Shown here in pieces: positions 9,800-20,108 of a DNA stretch of 64,000 nt (the first letter of the stretch is position 1; every line of letters begins with the position of its first letter). The DNA is from an uncultured Pseudomonadota bacterium. GTDB taxonomy: Bacteria > Babelota > Babeliae > Babelales > RVW-14. The DNA lies in the NCBI GenBank assembly GCA_964568625.1, contig CAZMQG010000001.1:83393-147392 (forward strand). Direction: 5' to 3'. The notes beneath the pieces were generated by a model that ran no database searches, had not been told where the DNA came from, and saw nothing but the letters and a program-made list of their open reading frames with translations. A program made the position numbers and the translations under genes.

Positions 9800-10990
9800 T
9801 TACTCGCTTTTTAAATGCAATCGCATATGCCCTTTTTGAATACCTTCGCTAACAAGAGCTTTAAGCGCTGCAAAATTTTGAGCCAACCCTACACTTGCAA
9901 TAATTTGTGCAAGATCTAAAACAGATTTTATATCAAGAATTTTTAAACAAAGCTTAGCAAAAGGATTATTCTTTGTGGCACCACCAACAACACCAACAGC
10001 CAGTGGAATTTCTATTACTCCAACAAGATTGCCATTACAATCTTTTGAATATTCAGTTAAAGACTTATAAGAATTGTGCATGGCAGCGTATCCATGAATA
10101 CCTGCCTCAACAGCACGAAAATCGTTTCCTGTTGCCAAGCAAACAGCATCTATTCCATTCATTATACCTTTGTTATGGGTGACAGCACGGAATATATCAA
10201 TTTTTGCGATCTCATTTGCTTGAATAATTTTATCTATTAAATCAGAGCCAAGATCTTCTTTTTCCCAGACTGCTTGGGCTTTTACAATTCTATTAACAGC
10301 AAGATTTGATAATATCTTTAACAAAACATTTCCGCCTGTTATTTTTTCAAGAAATGGGGCCACTGCTTCACACATGGTATTAACAGCATTTGCACCCATC
10401 GCATCTTTTACATCAACAAGAAGATGTATCACCAAAACTTTTTCTGATAAATCAAGAGACTTAAACTCACCTAATACTCCTGACGATACAGGCTCAATTT
10501 CGCGAAAATTTAAATCAAATGCTCCTCCACCTAATTTTATAAGCACATTATCTTTAGAATTCGCAATTTCAAGAATTTTAGTTTTATGCTTTTCTATTTT
10601 TATTTTTGCACCAAAAATATCTTTTATCCCTAAAATATGCATTTGCCCAATCATTACAGATCGGCTTGAACTTGCAGTAAACCCCCCAAAGGACCTAGCC
10701 AATTTCGCCGCATTACTTGCAGCCGCAATTACACTGGCCTCTTCTGTAGCCATCGGGATAAGATAATCCTTGCCATTAATTATAAAATTTGTGGCAATCC
10801 CAAGTGGCACAGGAAAAACAGAAACCACGTTTTCGATCATCTGCTCAGCAAAACCAAAATCCATACTATCTTTTAAATTTAATAACAAAATATCCTGAGG
10901 TAAAAGATCTGCAAACTCTTTTAATAAATTAAGCCGCTCATCGCGGCTTAATTTGTAAAACTCTTTTATTCTACTATTCTTTTTATTCAT
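9800..10990 (-). CDS. mvaA: Class II HMG-CoA reductase
   Basis: ENVVS, PMATEEASVIAA, DAMGANAVN, HNKGIMNG, GIQKGHMRLH (catalytic His); the protein ends four residues after this motif. Confidence 0.9.
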   Translation of the reverse strand: MNKKNSRIKEFYKLSRDERLNLLKEFADLLPQDILLLNLKDSMDFGFAEQMIENVVSVFPVPLGIATNFIINGKDYLIPMATEEASVIAAASNAAKLARSFGGFTASSSRSVMIGQMHILGIKDIFGAKIKIEKHKTKILEIANSKDNVLIKLGGGAFDLNFREIEPVSSGVLGEFKSLDLSEKVLVIHLLVDVKDAMGANAVNTMCEAVAPFLEKITGGNVLLKILSNLAVNRIVKAQAVWEKEDLGSDLIDKIIQANEIAKIDIFRAVTHNKGIMNGIDAVCLATGNDFRAVEAGIHGYAAMHNSYKSLTEYSKDCNGNLVGVIEIPLAVGVVGGATKNNPFAKLCLKILDIKSVLDLAQIIASVGLAQNFAALKALVSEGIQKGHMRLHLKSE

Positions 10991-11006
10991 TTGATTAAAA
11001 AGTGAA

Positions 11007-11408
11007 TTATTCAGCTAAAGTAATACAAAAACTTGATAAACTTTTAGCTTCTTGCGGACATTTAAAGCAGAAAGAAACCCCTGGCAGCATCTCCGTATAA
11101 AAACGCCTACTATCAATCTCTACACCAGCTATCTTTAACGCTTCAATGTAAAATCGAAAAATACCTGTTATATCACATTTATTAATATCTTTTTCAGTTA
11201 AAAATTCATGTTCTACCATTTGGGTTACAAGAAACTTTGAAAACTGAATGTAAGCACGGGTTGAATATCTTGATGAAACTGATGATTTTTGGGAATTAAT
11301 TTGCTCTAAATATAAAGAACGTGTATTAATAAAAGCATCAACCATCCCACTTGCAGACAAGCCCAGAGATGCCAATAAAATTCCAAAAAATAAAATTATT
11401 TTTTTCAT
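11007..11408 (-). CDS. Secreted hypothetical protein
   Basis: GGAG RBS, MKK start, signal peptide; no family recognised. Confidence 0.7.
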   Translation of the reverse strand: MKKIILFFGILLASLGLSASGMVDAFINTRSLYLEQINSQKSSVSSRYSTRAYIQFSKFLVTQMVEHEFLTEKDINKCDITGIFRFYIEALKIAGVEIDSRRFYTEMLPGVSFCFKCPQEAKSLSSFCITLAE

Positions 11409-11466
11409 AAAAACTCCGATAAAAATACAACTGCAATAATTATGAAGGTTATGATCTTAAAACCTT

Positions 11467-12036
11467 TTAATTACCAGATTTTTCTGCCTTTTCTCGTAAA
11501 ACTATGCAAAAACCTGGCAACACACTTCTGTATAAATCCTTCACATACAAATCTTCTGCACAATCAGTCATTCCCTTAAAAAAAGCATTTCCATGCACAC
11601 TTAATAAATTCACTTCCAACCAGCAATATAATAATTTTTCGCGATTATCATGAGTCACAATCTGATCAGAGCGATGAATATCTCTAAAGCTGTAACCCAA
11701 TTGCAATAATTGCGAGAGTAATAAAGACACAAATTTTTTATATTCCAGATATGGACATTCCTGCGCAGGCCTCCTGCTTCCATCAGCTTCTGTAACAACG
11801 GCAACTTCCGATGGCATAAATGACGCATTATAATGTTCAAATGCTTCTCTAAATTCTCGTTTCAACTGTTTTGCTAAAACAGGAGCATCTCTCAATTTAT
11901 TTTCTAAAACAATTGTTAAATCCAATCTGAATTTTTCTTGCTCCGGTTCTGGAGAAAAAATACGATCAATTCCCCCTTTACACCCATATAAATTCAACGA
12001 TAAAAAAACAGCACACAATGTTATTAACTTTTTCAT
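11467..12036 (-). CDS. Secreted or lipoprotein hypothetical protein, possible paralogue of 11007-11408
   Basis: GGAG RBS, signal peptide with a lipobox-like LYGC. Confidence 0.7.
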   Translation of the reverse strand: MKKLITLCAVFLSLNLYGCKGGIDRIFSPEPEQEKFRLDLTIVLENKLRDAPVLAKQLKREFREAFEHYNASFMPSEVAVVTEADGSRRPAQECPYLEYKKFVSLLLSQLLQLGYSFRDIHRSDQIVTHDNREKLLYCWLEVNLLSVHGNAFFKGMTDCAEDLYVKDLYRSVLPGFCIVLREKAEKSGN

Positions 12037-12199
12037 AAAAACTCCTACAACCTACGACTATTTTTTCATAGTCAAACTTACATATAAACATTCAAGAGTG
12101 CTTGCAATTAAATACTTTTTTTTAAAAAAAATCAAGCAGTTTTCCCATCCAAAAATATTTTAAATTTGTTATACTCCTAAAAATTACTAAAGGGATTCC

Positions 12200-12574
12200 A
12201 TGGAAAAATCAGATAAAAACATTACCATTCAAGATTTAAAAGATATTGCAAAAAAATTCAGGGATGATCGTGATTGGGCTCAATTTCATAATCCAAAAGA
12301 GCTTTCAATTGATATATCAATTGAAACAGGAGAGCTTCTTGAACTTTTTTTATGGAAAGGCAAAGAAGAAATCGCAGAAAAGTTAGTTCATGATGAAAAA
12401 TTCAGACAAAATGTTTTAGATGAACTTGCTGATATAGTCCATGCATGCCTAGCTTTTGCAAACTCAGCAAATATAGATCTTGCATCTGCCGTAATCGCAA
12501 AAATTGAAAAAACCGCACAAAAATATCCAATTGAAAAGGCTAAAGGTCAAACAAAAAAATACACAGAACTTTAG
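12200..12574 (+). CDS. MazG-like nucleotide pyrophosphohydrolase (dCTPase-like)
   Basis: RDWAQFHNPKELSIDISIETGELLELFLW and DELADIV acidic metal-binding motifs. Confidence 0.85.
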   Translation: MEKSDKNITIQDLKDIAKKFRDDRDWAQFHNPKELSIDISIETGELLELFLWKGKEEIAEKLVHDEKFRQNVLDELADIVHACLAFANSANIDLASAVIAKIEKTAQKYPIEKAKGQTKKYTEL

Positions 12575-12614
12575 AGGCTATATTTAAATCACAAATTTAA
12601 TTGATTGGGTAGTA

Positions 12615-13607
12615 ATGGAAAAAAAAGCAGTCCTGGTCATCGGCGGCGCCGGTTACATAGGATCCCATACATGCTGGCTGTTACATCAACATGGATACGA
12701 AGTTATAATTCTAGATGCACTTTTACATCGACAAAGTTTTACCCATAGTTGGGCAAGACTTATAAAAGGCGATTTTGCAGATCAAAAAATACTCAAAGAC
12801 ATTTTTACTAATTACACAATAGACGCTGTAATGCATTTTGCAGCATTTATTGAAGTTGGTGAATCAGTCAAAAAGCCAAAAGACTTTTATGATAACAATG
12901 TAACCAAAACATTAACGCTGCTAAATACAATGCTCGAGAACAATGTCAAAAATTTTATATTCTCTTCAAGCTGCGCAGTATACGGAATTCCTCAAAAGCT
13001 TCCACTTGATGAAACGCATCCACTAGCACCAATTAATCCTTATGGAAAAAATAAACTTGTCATTGAATTTGCATTGCAAGACTACCACAAGGCGTATAAT
13101 TTGAACTATGTATCATTGCGCTATTTCAACGCAGCTGGATCATTTTTTGAAAAAGGACTAGGAGAACAACACAATCCAGAAACACATATAATTCCATTAT
13201 TAATAAGATCAGCTATGCAGAATAAAGATTTCTTCATATTTGGAAGTGATTATCCAACGCAAGATGGAACATGCGTAAGAGATTATGTACACGTTCTTGA
13301 TATTGCCCAAGCACACATATTGGCTTACAACTACCTAGAAAAGCTCGAAAAATCAAATAGCTTCAATCTCGGCTCACAAAATGGTAATACAGTTAAAGAG
13401 CTGATTAAGAAGACCGAAGAAATTTGTAAAATAAAAATCAAAACAAAAAGTTACCCAAGGCGAGAAGGAGATGTTCCTATTTTGGTTGCAAATTCAACAA
13501 AAGCACAACAGGAACTTGGCTGGGAAGCAAAACACTCCAGCCTGGAAAATATTTTAAAAAGCGCTTATGAATGGGAATTGAAACTTAAAAGAGGACAAAC
13601 AGGATAA
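12615..13607 (+). CDS. galE: UDP-glucose 4-epimerase
   Basis: GGAGYIGSH, HFAAFIEVGES, SSSCAVYG, YGKNK (YxxxK), LRYFNAAG, DGTCVRDYVHV. Confidence 0.93.
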   Translation: MEKKAVLVIGGAGYIGSHTCWLLHQHGYEVIILDALLHRQSFTHSWARLIKGDFADQKILKDIFTNYTIDAVMHFAAFIEVGESVKKPKDFYDNNVTKTLTLLNTMLENNVKNFIFSSSCAVYGIPQKLPLDETHPLAPINPYGKNKLVIEFALQDYHKAYNLNYVSLRYFNAAGSFFEKGLGEQHNPETHIIPLLIRSAMQNKDFFIFGSDYPTQDGTCVRDYVHVLDIAQAHILAYNYLEKLEKSNSFNLGSQNGNTVKELIKKTEEICKIKIKTKSYPRREGDVPILVANSTKAQQELGWEAKHSSLENILKSAYEWELKLKRGQTG

Positions 13608-13624
13608 CAATAGAGGGAGAAGAG

Positions 13625-15193
13625 ATGTTTGAAGTAATAAAAAAGTACAAATGGTTTTTGATTGGCCTTTTTATTTTCGCACTGTTTGTTCGTGCTACAA
13701 TTTTTATTGGGTATCTGAGTAAAAATCAAAATTTTTGGCAAATTGATTCAAATACATATCACTTAATCGCAGAACAAATATCAGAAGGGCATGGGATATG
13801 TACCACTCCAGGAAATCCTGATTTTTATAGGCTTCCAGGCTATCCTTTATTTCTTGCAACATTTTATAAAATATTCGGACCTGATACAAAAAATGTTTTA
13901 TTGCTCCAAATTATTATAGCTGCATTAATTCCGCTTCTGATATTTTTACTTGGATGTGCTCTTTTTCCCCAAAATATTTTAATTGCAAAAACTGCCGGAA
14001 TTTATAGTAGTATTCATATTGGGTATGTTCTATATTCCGGCTTTTTCATGGCTGAAAGTCTATTTATTTTTTTATTTTTAATTTTTGCCATTTTATTTTT
14101 ATCCTCAGTTCACTTATCCTTCTGTTTTCAAAACAAATGTACTTGCCAAGAATCCGATAAAATTTATCGATATTTTAGTCTCCCTGATCCAATTGCAACA
14201 AGTGAACCCTATCTAAGTCTTTTTGAAGATATGTTTGAAAATGAACAGAAAAACGTAGTCCTGTGTAACTGCCAAGAAACAGAGTTAATAAAATCCTCTC
14301 GCAATTTATTGGGAGCAGGATTTGCACTGGGGCTTGCATCACTGGTACGTCCAGTTGGACATTATTTAATCTGTCTTTCAATTCTGTTATTAATCTTCTC
14401 AAACGAAAATTGGAGACAAAAATGCAGTAAAAGTTTTACACTTTTTTGTGGATGGGTTGTTCCGGTTATTTTTTGGCTTGCCCGAAATTTTATACTCACC
14501 GGACACATTTTCTTTCATACACTTCCCGGAGGACATTTTCTTTACTTCTCTGCAAGCCGAGTTGCTATGCATGAATACAATTGTTCTTATGATCAAGCAA
14601 AAGATATATTGAGAAAAAAGGTAGATGAGTTAGTTACAGACGAAGAAAAAACCAAAAACAGAAAGTTATCCGAAATAGAACAGTGCTACATTCGAGAAGA
14701 TCTGGCTAAACAGTATTTTAAAAAAGATCTAGCATTGTCAATCAAACTCTGGCTAACTGATATATTTCGAACTGCAACTTCGCTTTACAGCGCCGAGCTA
14801 CTTTATATTGAATCTGGACGAAAAGAAATTGATTATTTTAATGCAAAACGAACTATCAAATCTATGGTATACAAATATCTGGCCCCTCAAACAGAAAAAT
14901 CCTGGCTTCGATGGCTAATTCGGCTAGAAATCTTGGCATTTTTCTTAATGCTTCTTGGACTTTTTTTAGGCTTTTTAAGAATAGTTTTTAGATGCTTTAA
15001 AGACTGGAATAGCGAGATAAATAGAATCGATCTCTGTTCATGGCTTCGATGTCTTGCTTTTGCATCTTTTTTCATTGTAATAGGACTTGCTGGAGGATAT
15101 GCTCGCATGCGACTTCCTGCAGAAGCATTTTTAATTATTCTATCAATGAGTTTTTGGATACCAAGCATCACAAATTTTAAAAATAAATCATGA
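13625..15193 (+). CDS. Polytopic GT-C (ArnT/PMT-like) glycosyltransferase 1
   Basis: About 10-11 TM segments; IDSNTYHLIA acidic first loop, YRLPGYPLFLA, GLASLVRP, ARMRLP. Confidence 0.7.
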   Translation: MFEVIKKYKWFLIGLFIFALFVRATIFIGYLSKNQNFWQIDSNTYHLIAEQISEGHGICTTPGNPDFYRLPGYPLFLATFYKIFGPDTKNVLLLQIIIAALIPLLIFLLGCALFPQNILIAKTAGIYSSIHIGYVLYSGFFMAESLFIFLFLIFAILFLSSVHLSFCFQNKCTCQESDKIYRYFSLPDPIATSEPYLSLFEDMFENEQKNVVLCNCQETELIKSSRNLLGAGFALGLASLVRPVGHYLICLSILLLIFSNENWRQKCSKSFTLFCGWVVPVIFWLARNFILTGHIFFHTLPGGHFLYFSASRVAMHEYNCSYDQAKDILRKKVDELVTDEEKTKNRKLSEIEQCYIREDLAKQYFKKDLALSIKLWLTDIFRTATSLYSAELLYIESGRKEIDYFNAKRTIKSMVYKYLAPQTEKSWLRWLIRLEILAFFLMLLGLFLGFLRIVFRCFKDWNSEINRIDLCSWLRCLAFASFFIVIGLAGGYARMRLPAEAFLIILSMSFWIPSITNFKNKS

Positions 15194-15220
15194 CTTATAA
15201 AAACTAATTAGGAAGTAGCA

Positions 15221-16615
15221 ATGATCAAATTAATAAAAAAAGAAAAAAGATTTTTGCTACTCACATTTTTTTTATCATTTGTAATCAAAGTAATTTTTTT
15301 TTTAATTTTTCTTAAAAATAATCCCTGCCTACTCTCATTCGATTCAGAACATTATCATAAAATTGCATTGAGTCTTGTTTCCGGAAACGGTTTTTATAAC
15401 CTAGATGGGGTTATGCCACAATTTTATAGAATGCCAGGATACCCGGTATTTTTGGCTGGCTGTTACAAACTTTTTGGAATTCAGCAGATAGCCGTAATTA
15501 TTCTACAAATTATTCTCAGTTCATTTATTCCATTATTAATATTTTTATTAACACTAACTTTACTCCCAAGCCAACTACGAACTGCTAAGCTTGCAAGTTT
15601 GGCTGCATGCCTTGATCTTGGTTATATAATATTTTCAGGACTGATCATGTCTGAAATATTATTTACTGTATTTTTCACAGTATTTCTAATTTTATTTTTA
15701 TATAACTACACGCCATTTTTTTGTAAAAAAGAATCTATAATCTCGGATAAGCACCCAATGTTTAGACTGTTTTTGGCAGGTATAATACTTGGAATAGCTT
15801 GTCTGATCAGGCCAGTAGGATACCCCGTACTTTTAACATCTATTTTTCTGTTATTAATTTCAAAAAATAAGTTCTCAACAAAAATAAAATCTATCACCGT
15901 TATCAGCACGGGATTTATATGCATATTAAGTACATGGATAATTCGCAACTTTCTTATAACAGGCTACATTTTTATGCATACACTCTCAGGCCCACATTTT
16001 TTAAATCATTCAGCAGTAAGACTTTGCATGATGGATGAAAAAATTACATATCAACAGGCACAAGAAAAAGTTTATGCTGAACTTAAAGATATAGAACTGA
16101 CAAAAAAAAATGAGCTGCACAGGCCCCTACGAGAAATCGAACGCTGCATTTTGGCCGAAAAGCTTGCAATCACTTACATGCTTAAAAATCCAGCACTTAC
16201 GATTCAACATTTTATATCAAACATGTTAAAAACAACCTTTGGTCTTTATAGCTCTGAGTTACTTGTAATAGACTCAGGAGGACAACTCCCTGAATACAGT
16301 AATAATCGAAGTATTAAAAGTATTTTAAAACGATTTTTACTTCCTGACGTAAATAATAAATTTATAATTCTAGTAATTTATTTTGAAATAATATTTTTTT
16401 TATTTATATTGCTAGGCTTGGCAATATTTACAATCACATCTCTGATTGATCTTGAGAAATTATGTACACTTGCAAAAGCTTTACCTTTTATCTGCTGCTT
16501 AATATTTTTGACTCTTTCATGCGGTTATGCGAGATTAAGGTTGCCAATCGAATCATTTTTAATTATTTTAGCGATTAAAGAATGGCAACTTTTATTTTCT
16601 AAAAAAGGGGAGTAA
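15221..16615 (+). CDS. Polytopic GT-C glycosyltransferase 2 (paralogue of 13625-15193)
   Basis: FDSEHYHKIA, YRMPGYPVFLA, GIACLIRP, ARLRLP. Confidence 0.7.
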   Translation: MIKLIKKEKRFLLLTFFLSFVIKVIFFLIFLKNNPCLLSFDSEHYHKIALSLVSGNGFYNLDGVMPQFYRMPGYPVFLAGCYKLFGIQQIAVIILQIILSSFIPLLIFLLTLTLLPSQLRTAKLASLAACLDLGYIIFSGLIMSEILFTVFFTVFLILFLYNYTPFFCKKESIISDKHPMFRLFLAGIILGIACLIRPVGYPVLLTSIFLLLISKNKFSTKIKSITVISTGFICILSTWIIRNFLITGYIFMHTLSGPHFLNHSAVRLCMMDEKITYQQAQEKVYAELKDIELTKKNELHRPLREIERCILAEKLAITYMLKNPALTIQHFISNMLKTTFGLYSSELLVIDSGGQLPEYSNNRSIKSILKRFLLPDVNNKFIILVIYFEIIFFLFILLGLAIFTITSLIDLEKLCTLAKALPFICCLIFLTLSCGYARLRLPIESFLIILAIKEWQLLFSKKGE

Positions 16616-18094
16616 ATGGAATCAAGCAAAAAAAGTGCCTTAATCATAGGAGCTGGACCTGCGGGTCTTACTGCAGGGTATGAGCTTTTAAAAACACAAA
16701 ACTTCAGTGTAGAAATAATAGAAAAAGAGAATCAAATTGGAGGTCTTGCCAAAACAGTTGATTACAAAAATTATAAATATGACATTGGCCCTCACCATTA
16801 CATTACAGAATCAAAAAAAATTGAAGACTGGTGGAAAAATATAATAAACGAAGATGAATTTATAAAATTAAACCGCTTTACACGTATTTATTACAATAAA
16901 CATTTTTTTTTGTATCCACTTCAACCAATAAACGCACTAATGGGCTTAAATCCATTTGAATCCATTCATTGCATTTCCAGCTATTTTCGATATAAGTTAT
17001 GGCCTAAAAAAGTTAATTCTTATGAAGACTGGCTTTCAAATAGGTTCGGTAAAAGGCTTTTTGAAATTTTTTTCAAATCGTACACAGAAAAACTTTGGGG
17101 AATAAAATGTAACCAGATATCTGCCGACTGGGCTGCACAAAGAATTAAAAATTTTTCCCTTGGAAAGGCAATATTTTTTGCCTTCTTCGGCAAGCTTTTC
17201 AAAAAATATACCCCTCGAACAATTTTAAGTGAATTTTATTATCCAATTTATGGCGCCGGAACTTTATGGGACAGTGTTGGTAAAAAAATAGTGGATTCTG
17301 GATCTGGCTCAATTTACACCGGCAAAAAAGTTGTTTCTATTGAGCATAATGACAAAGAAATTTTGGCTGTTTTAACAAAAAACATGCATGATGAAAATCA
17401 AAACACAGAGCATCAACACATGACACAAAAACTAAATCATCATGAAGCAGACTACTTTCTATCAACAATGACTTTGCGTGATTTGGTTTTAAATATGGAT
17501 CCAATCGCGCCCAAAGAAGTTATTGCTGCTGCTATGCAACTGCGTTGCAGAGCCCTTATCACCCTCAACTTAATCATAGATAAAAATCACATCACCCCTG
17601 ACCACTGGCTTTATATTCATGAAAAAAGTGTACGCACAATAAGAATTGGAAATATGAACAATTTTTCAGCCAAATTAAGACCTAATCAAAATCACTCTGC
17701 AATAAGCCTTGAATGCTTTACGTTTACTGATGAACCATTCTGGATTAAGTCCGATGAAGAGTTACTTGAGCAGGCTAAACTCGAAATTGATAAGATTGGC
17801 CTTGTAAAAAAAGAGTTAATTATTGATGGTATGGTATTAAGAATTCCCGATGCTTACCCAATTTATGAAGGCAATTACAAAGAACGTTTAAATATGGTTT
17901 ATAACTATTTAGGTCAATTTAAAAATCTCAAATTGATGGGTCGCAACGGCATGCACCAGTATAACAACATGGACACCGCAATGCTTTCGGCCATGAACGC
18001 TATTGATGAAATTATTAGTTATGAAGACAAATATAAAACCCAAATAAATATAAAAACAAAAACACAGAAACATTCTGATGCTCAACTTAATTAA
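16616..18094 (+). CDS. FAD-dependent oxidoreductase (UDP-galactopyranose mutase/protoporphyrinogen oxidase-like)
   Basis: GAGPAGL dinucleotide-binding motif, IGGLAKT, DIGPHHY, AYPIY, GRNGMHQYNNMD. Confidence 0.75.
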   Translation: MESSKKSALIIGAGPAGLTAGYELLKTQNFSVEIIEKENQIGGLAKTVDYKNYKYDIGPHHYITESKKIEDWWKNIINEDEFIKLNRFTRIYYNKHFFLYPLQPINALMGLNPFESIHCISSYFRYKLWPKKVNSYEDWLSNRFGKRLFEIFFKSYTEKLWGIKCNQISADWAAQRIKNFSLGKAIFFAFFGKLFKKYTPRTILSEFYYPIYGAGTLWDSVGKKIVDSGSGSIYTGKKVVSIEHNDKEILAVLTKNMHDENQNTEHQHMTQKLNHHEADYFLSTMTLRDLVLNMDPIAPKEVIAAAMQLRCRALITLNLIIDKNHITPDHWLYIHEKSVRTIRIGNMNNFSAKLRPNQNHSAISLECFTFTDEPFWIKSDEELLEQAKLEIDKIGLVKKELIIDGMVLRIPDAYPIYEGNYKERLNMVYNYLGQFKNLKLMGRNGMHQYNNMDTAMLSAMNAIDEIISYEDKYKTQINIKTKTQKHSDAQLN

Positions 18095-18127
18095 AAATGC
18101 AATCACAAAAGCCATGTAAGAGTTACT

Positions 18128-20092
18128 ATGTGCGGAATTGCCGGATATTTTAACATTAACAAACCACAAATCGACATTAATGAAGAACTTTTAAATAAAA
18201 TGCAACAATCGATTGCACACAGAGGACCTGACGCTCATCAAATTTACAAATCCAATGAACACCAGCTGGGTCTTGCTTATAGGCGTTTATCAATAATTGA
18301 TCTTTCTCCTTTAGGCAATCAGCCAATGTTTGATAAACAAAAAACTGTTGTTGTCTGTTTTAACGGCGAAATTTATAACTATAAAGAGTTACGTCGCGAA
18401 CTTGAAAATTTAAATTACGAATTTTTATCCCAATGTGATACAGAGACAATTATATATGCATACAAAGAGTGGGGAATAAATTTTACACACAAACTCACCG
18501 GCATGTTTGCCATTTCGTTATACGACTTTCAAAAACAGGAACTTTACTTAATACGTGATAGAATTGGAGTAAAACCACTCTATTTTTCACTACAATCAAA
18601 TATTCTAAGCTTTGCATCTGAAATTAAAGCTTTGTGGCAACTTCCATGGATGCAGAAAGAGATTAATCCAATAGCCCAGTACCACTATCTAACATTCATG
18701 GTAACACCTGCACCTTACACGATTTATAAAGACATTTATAAACTTCCAGCAGGATTTTACTTAAAAGTTGATTCAAATAAAAATATCACTTTTAAAGAGT
18801 GGTATAACCCGGTAAAACAGATATCTTCCGCAGAAAAAAAGCAGTTTGAATGCGAAAATTTTTGTATAGAAAATATAACTAAATTACTAATCGAATCAAC
18901 AAAAAAACGTATGATTGCTGATGTTCCGGTTGGTGCGTTTTTATCGGGCGGAATTGATTCGAGTTTAAACGTTGCATTAATGTCACAGTACGCACATTCT
19001 GTAAAAACATTCACCGTCGCGTTTTCAGATGGACCTGAATCTAACGAAATTAAATGGGCACGACTTGTAGCCAAAATATTTGGAACCGATCACAACGAAA
19101 TAATTATATCCGAAAAAGAGGCTTTTGATTTTTTCGAACAGATGGTTTACCACTTAGATGAGCCTCTGGCTGACTGCGTCTGTATTCCATTTTATTACGT
19201 TGCAAAATTAGCTCGCGAAAAGGGAATTGTTGTTGCACAAGTGGGAGAAGGAGCTGATGAACTGTTTTTCGGGTACAGCACATATGCAACATATAAAAAT
19301 TTTTATGATAAAATTTGGCATCCAGCTCAAAAAATTATTCCTACATTTGCACGGCATGCTACACAATCCTTATTAAATCCATTTTTAAAATCAAATCCGG
19401 CAAAATCAGAATTGATACAAAATTGGGCCCATAATCGCGAACTTTTTTGGGGTGGTGCAATTGCATTCAATGAACACCACAAAAATTTGTTATATAATCA
19501 AAAATTATATAACAAAAAAACAGATCTGTTCTTTGACCCAATAGTCGAACAAATTTATCCTGGCATGCAGCAAAATTTTGACAGTTTTTCGATTGTAAAT
19601 TATCACCTGACAAAACTTAAACAGATTGATCCAACTGCAGATTTCTGCAAAAAAATGCTTTATCTTGAACTTAAACAAAGACTTCCGGAACTACTTTTAA
19701 TGAGAGCAGACAAAATGTCAATGGCCCAAGGCCTTGAAGCTCGTGAACCATTTTTAGATCATAATCTTGTTGAATTCATGTTAAATGTCCCAGCTCATAT
19801 AAAATTCAAAAACAATACAACAAAGTATCTTTTAAAAAAAATATGCCACGGTATTTTGCCCGATGAGATAATAGATCGTAAAAAAGTCGGGTTTGCCGCA
19901 CCAACAGTACGATGGTTTGATAACGGAAAATACTTCCCGTCCTACTTTGCAAATCTAAGTCAAAAATCAAAATTTAGCCAAAATAATGAAAAAACAAATC
20001 TAGAAAAATTATACAAAAACAATATACATAATAACGCCGTGCAAAAATGGGTCTTACAAAATTTATGGACAATTAAAAATATGGATCTTTAA
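18128..20092 (+). CDS. asnB: Asparagine synthase (glutamine-hydrolysing)-family amidotransferase
   Basis: MCGIAG N-terminal Cys, HRGPD, RRLSIIDL, FNGEIYNY, LSGGIDSS, GEGADELFFGY, EAREPFLD. Confidence 0.92.
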   Translation: MCGIAGYFNINKPQIDINEELLNKMQQSIAHRGPDAHQIYKSNEHQLGLAYRRLSIIDLSPLGNQPMFDKQKTVVVCFNGEIYNYKELRRELENLNYEFLSQCDTETIIYAYKEWGINFTHKLTGMFAISLYDFQKQELYLIRDRIGVKPLYFSLQSNILSFASEIKALWQLPWMQKEINPIAQYHYLTFMVTPAPYTIYKDIYKLPAGFYLKVDSNKNITFKEWYNPVKQISSAEKKQFECENFCIENITKLLIESTKKRMIADVPVGAFLSGGIDSSLNVALMSQYAHSVKTFTVAFSDGPESNEIKWARLVAKIFGTDHNEIIISEKEAFDFFEQMVYHLDEPLADCVCIPFYYVAKLAREKGIVVAQVGEGADELFFGYSTYATYKNFYDKIWHPAQKIIPTFARHATQSLLNPFLKSNPAKSELIQNWAHNRELFWGGAIAFNEHHKNLLYNQKLYNKKTDLFFDPIVEQIYPGMQQNFDSFSIVNYHLTKLKQIDPTADFCKKMLYLELKQRLPELLLMRADKMSMAQGLEAREPFLDHNLVEFMLNVPAHIKFKNNTTKYLLKKICHGILPDEIIDRKKVGFAAPTVRWFDNGKYFPSYFANLSQKSKFSQNNEKTNLEKLYKNNIHNNAVQKWVLQNLWTIKNMDL

Positions 20093-20108
20093 AAATTATG
20101 GAACTTTT

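Noticed and set aside
17380-17450. His/Gln-rich insert in the FAD oxidoreductase (NMHDENQNTEHQHMTQKLNHHE)
   Set aside because: Short low-complexity loop with no repeat or motif support; not enough for a claim.
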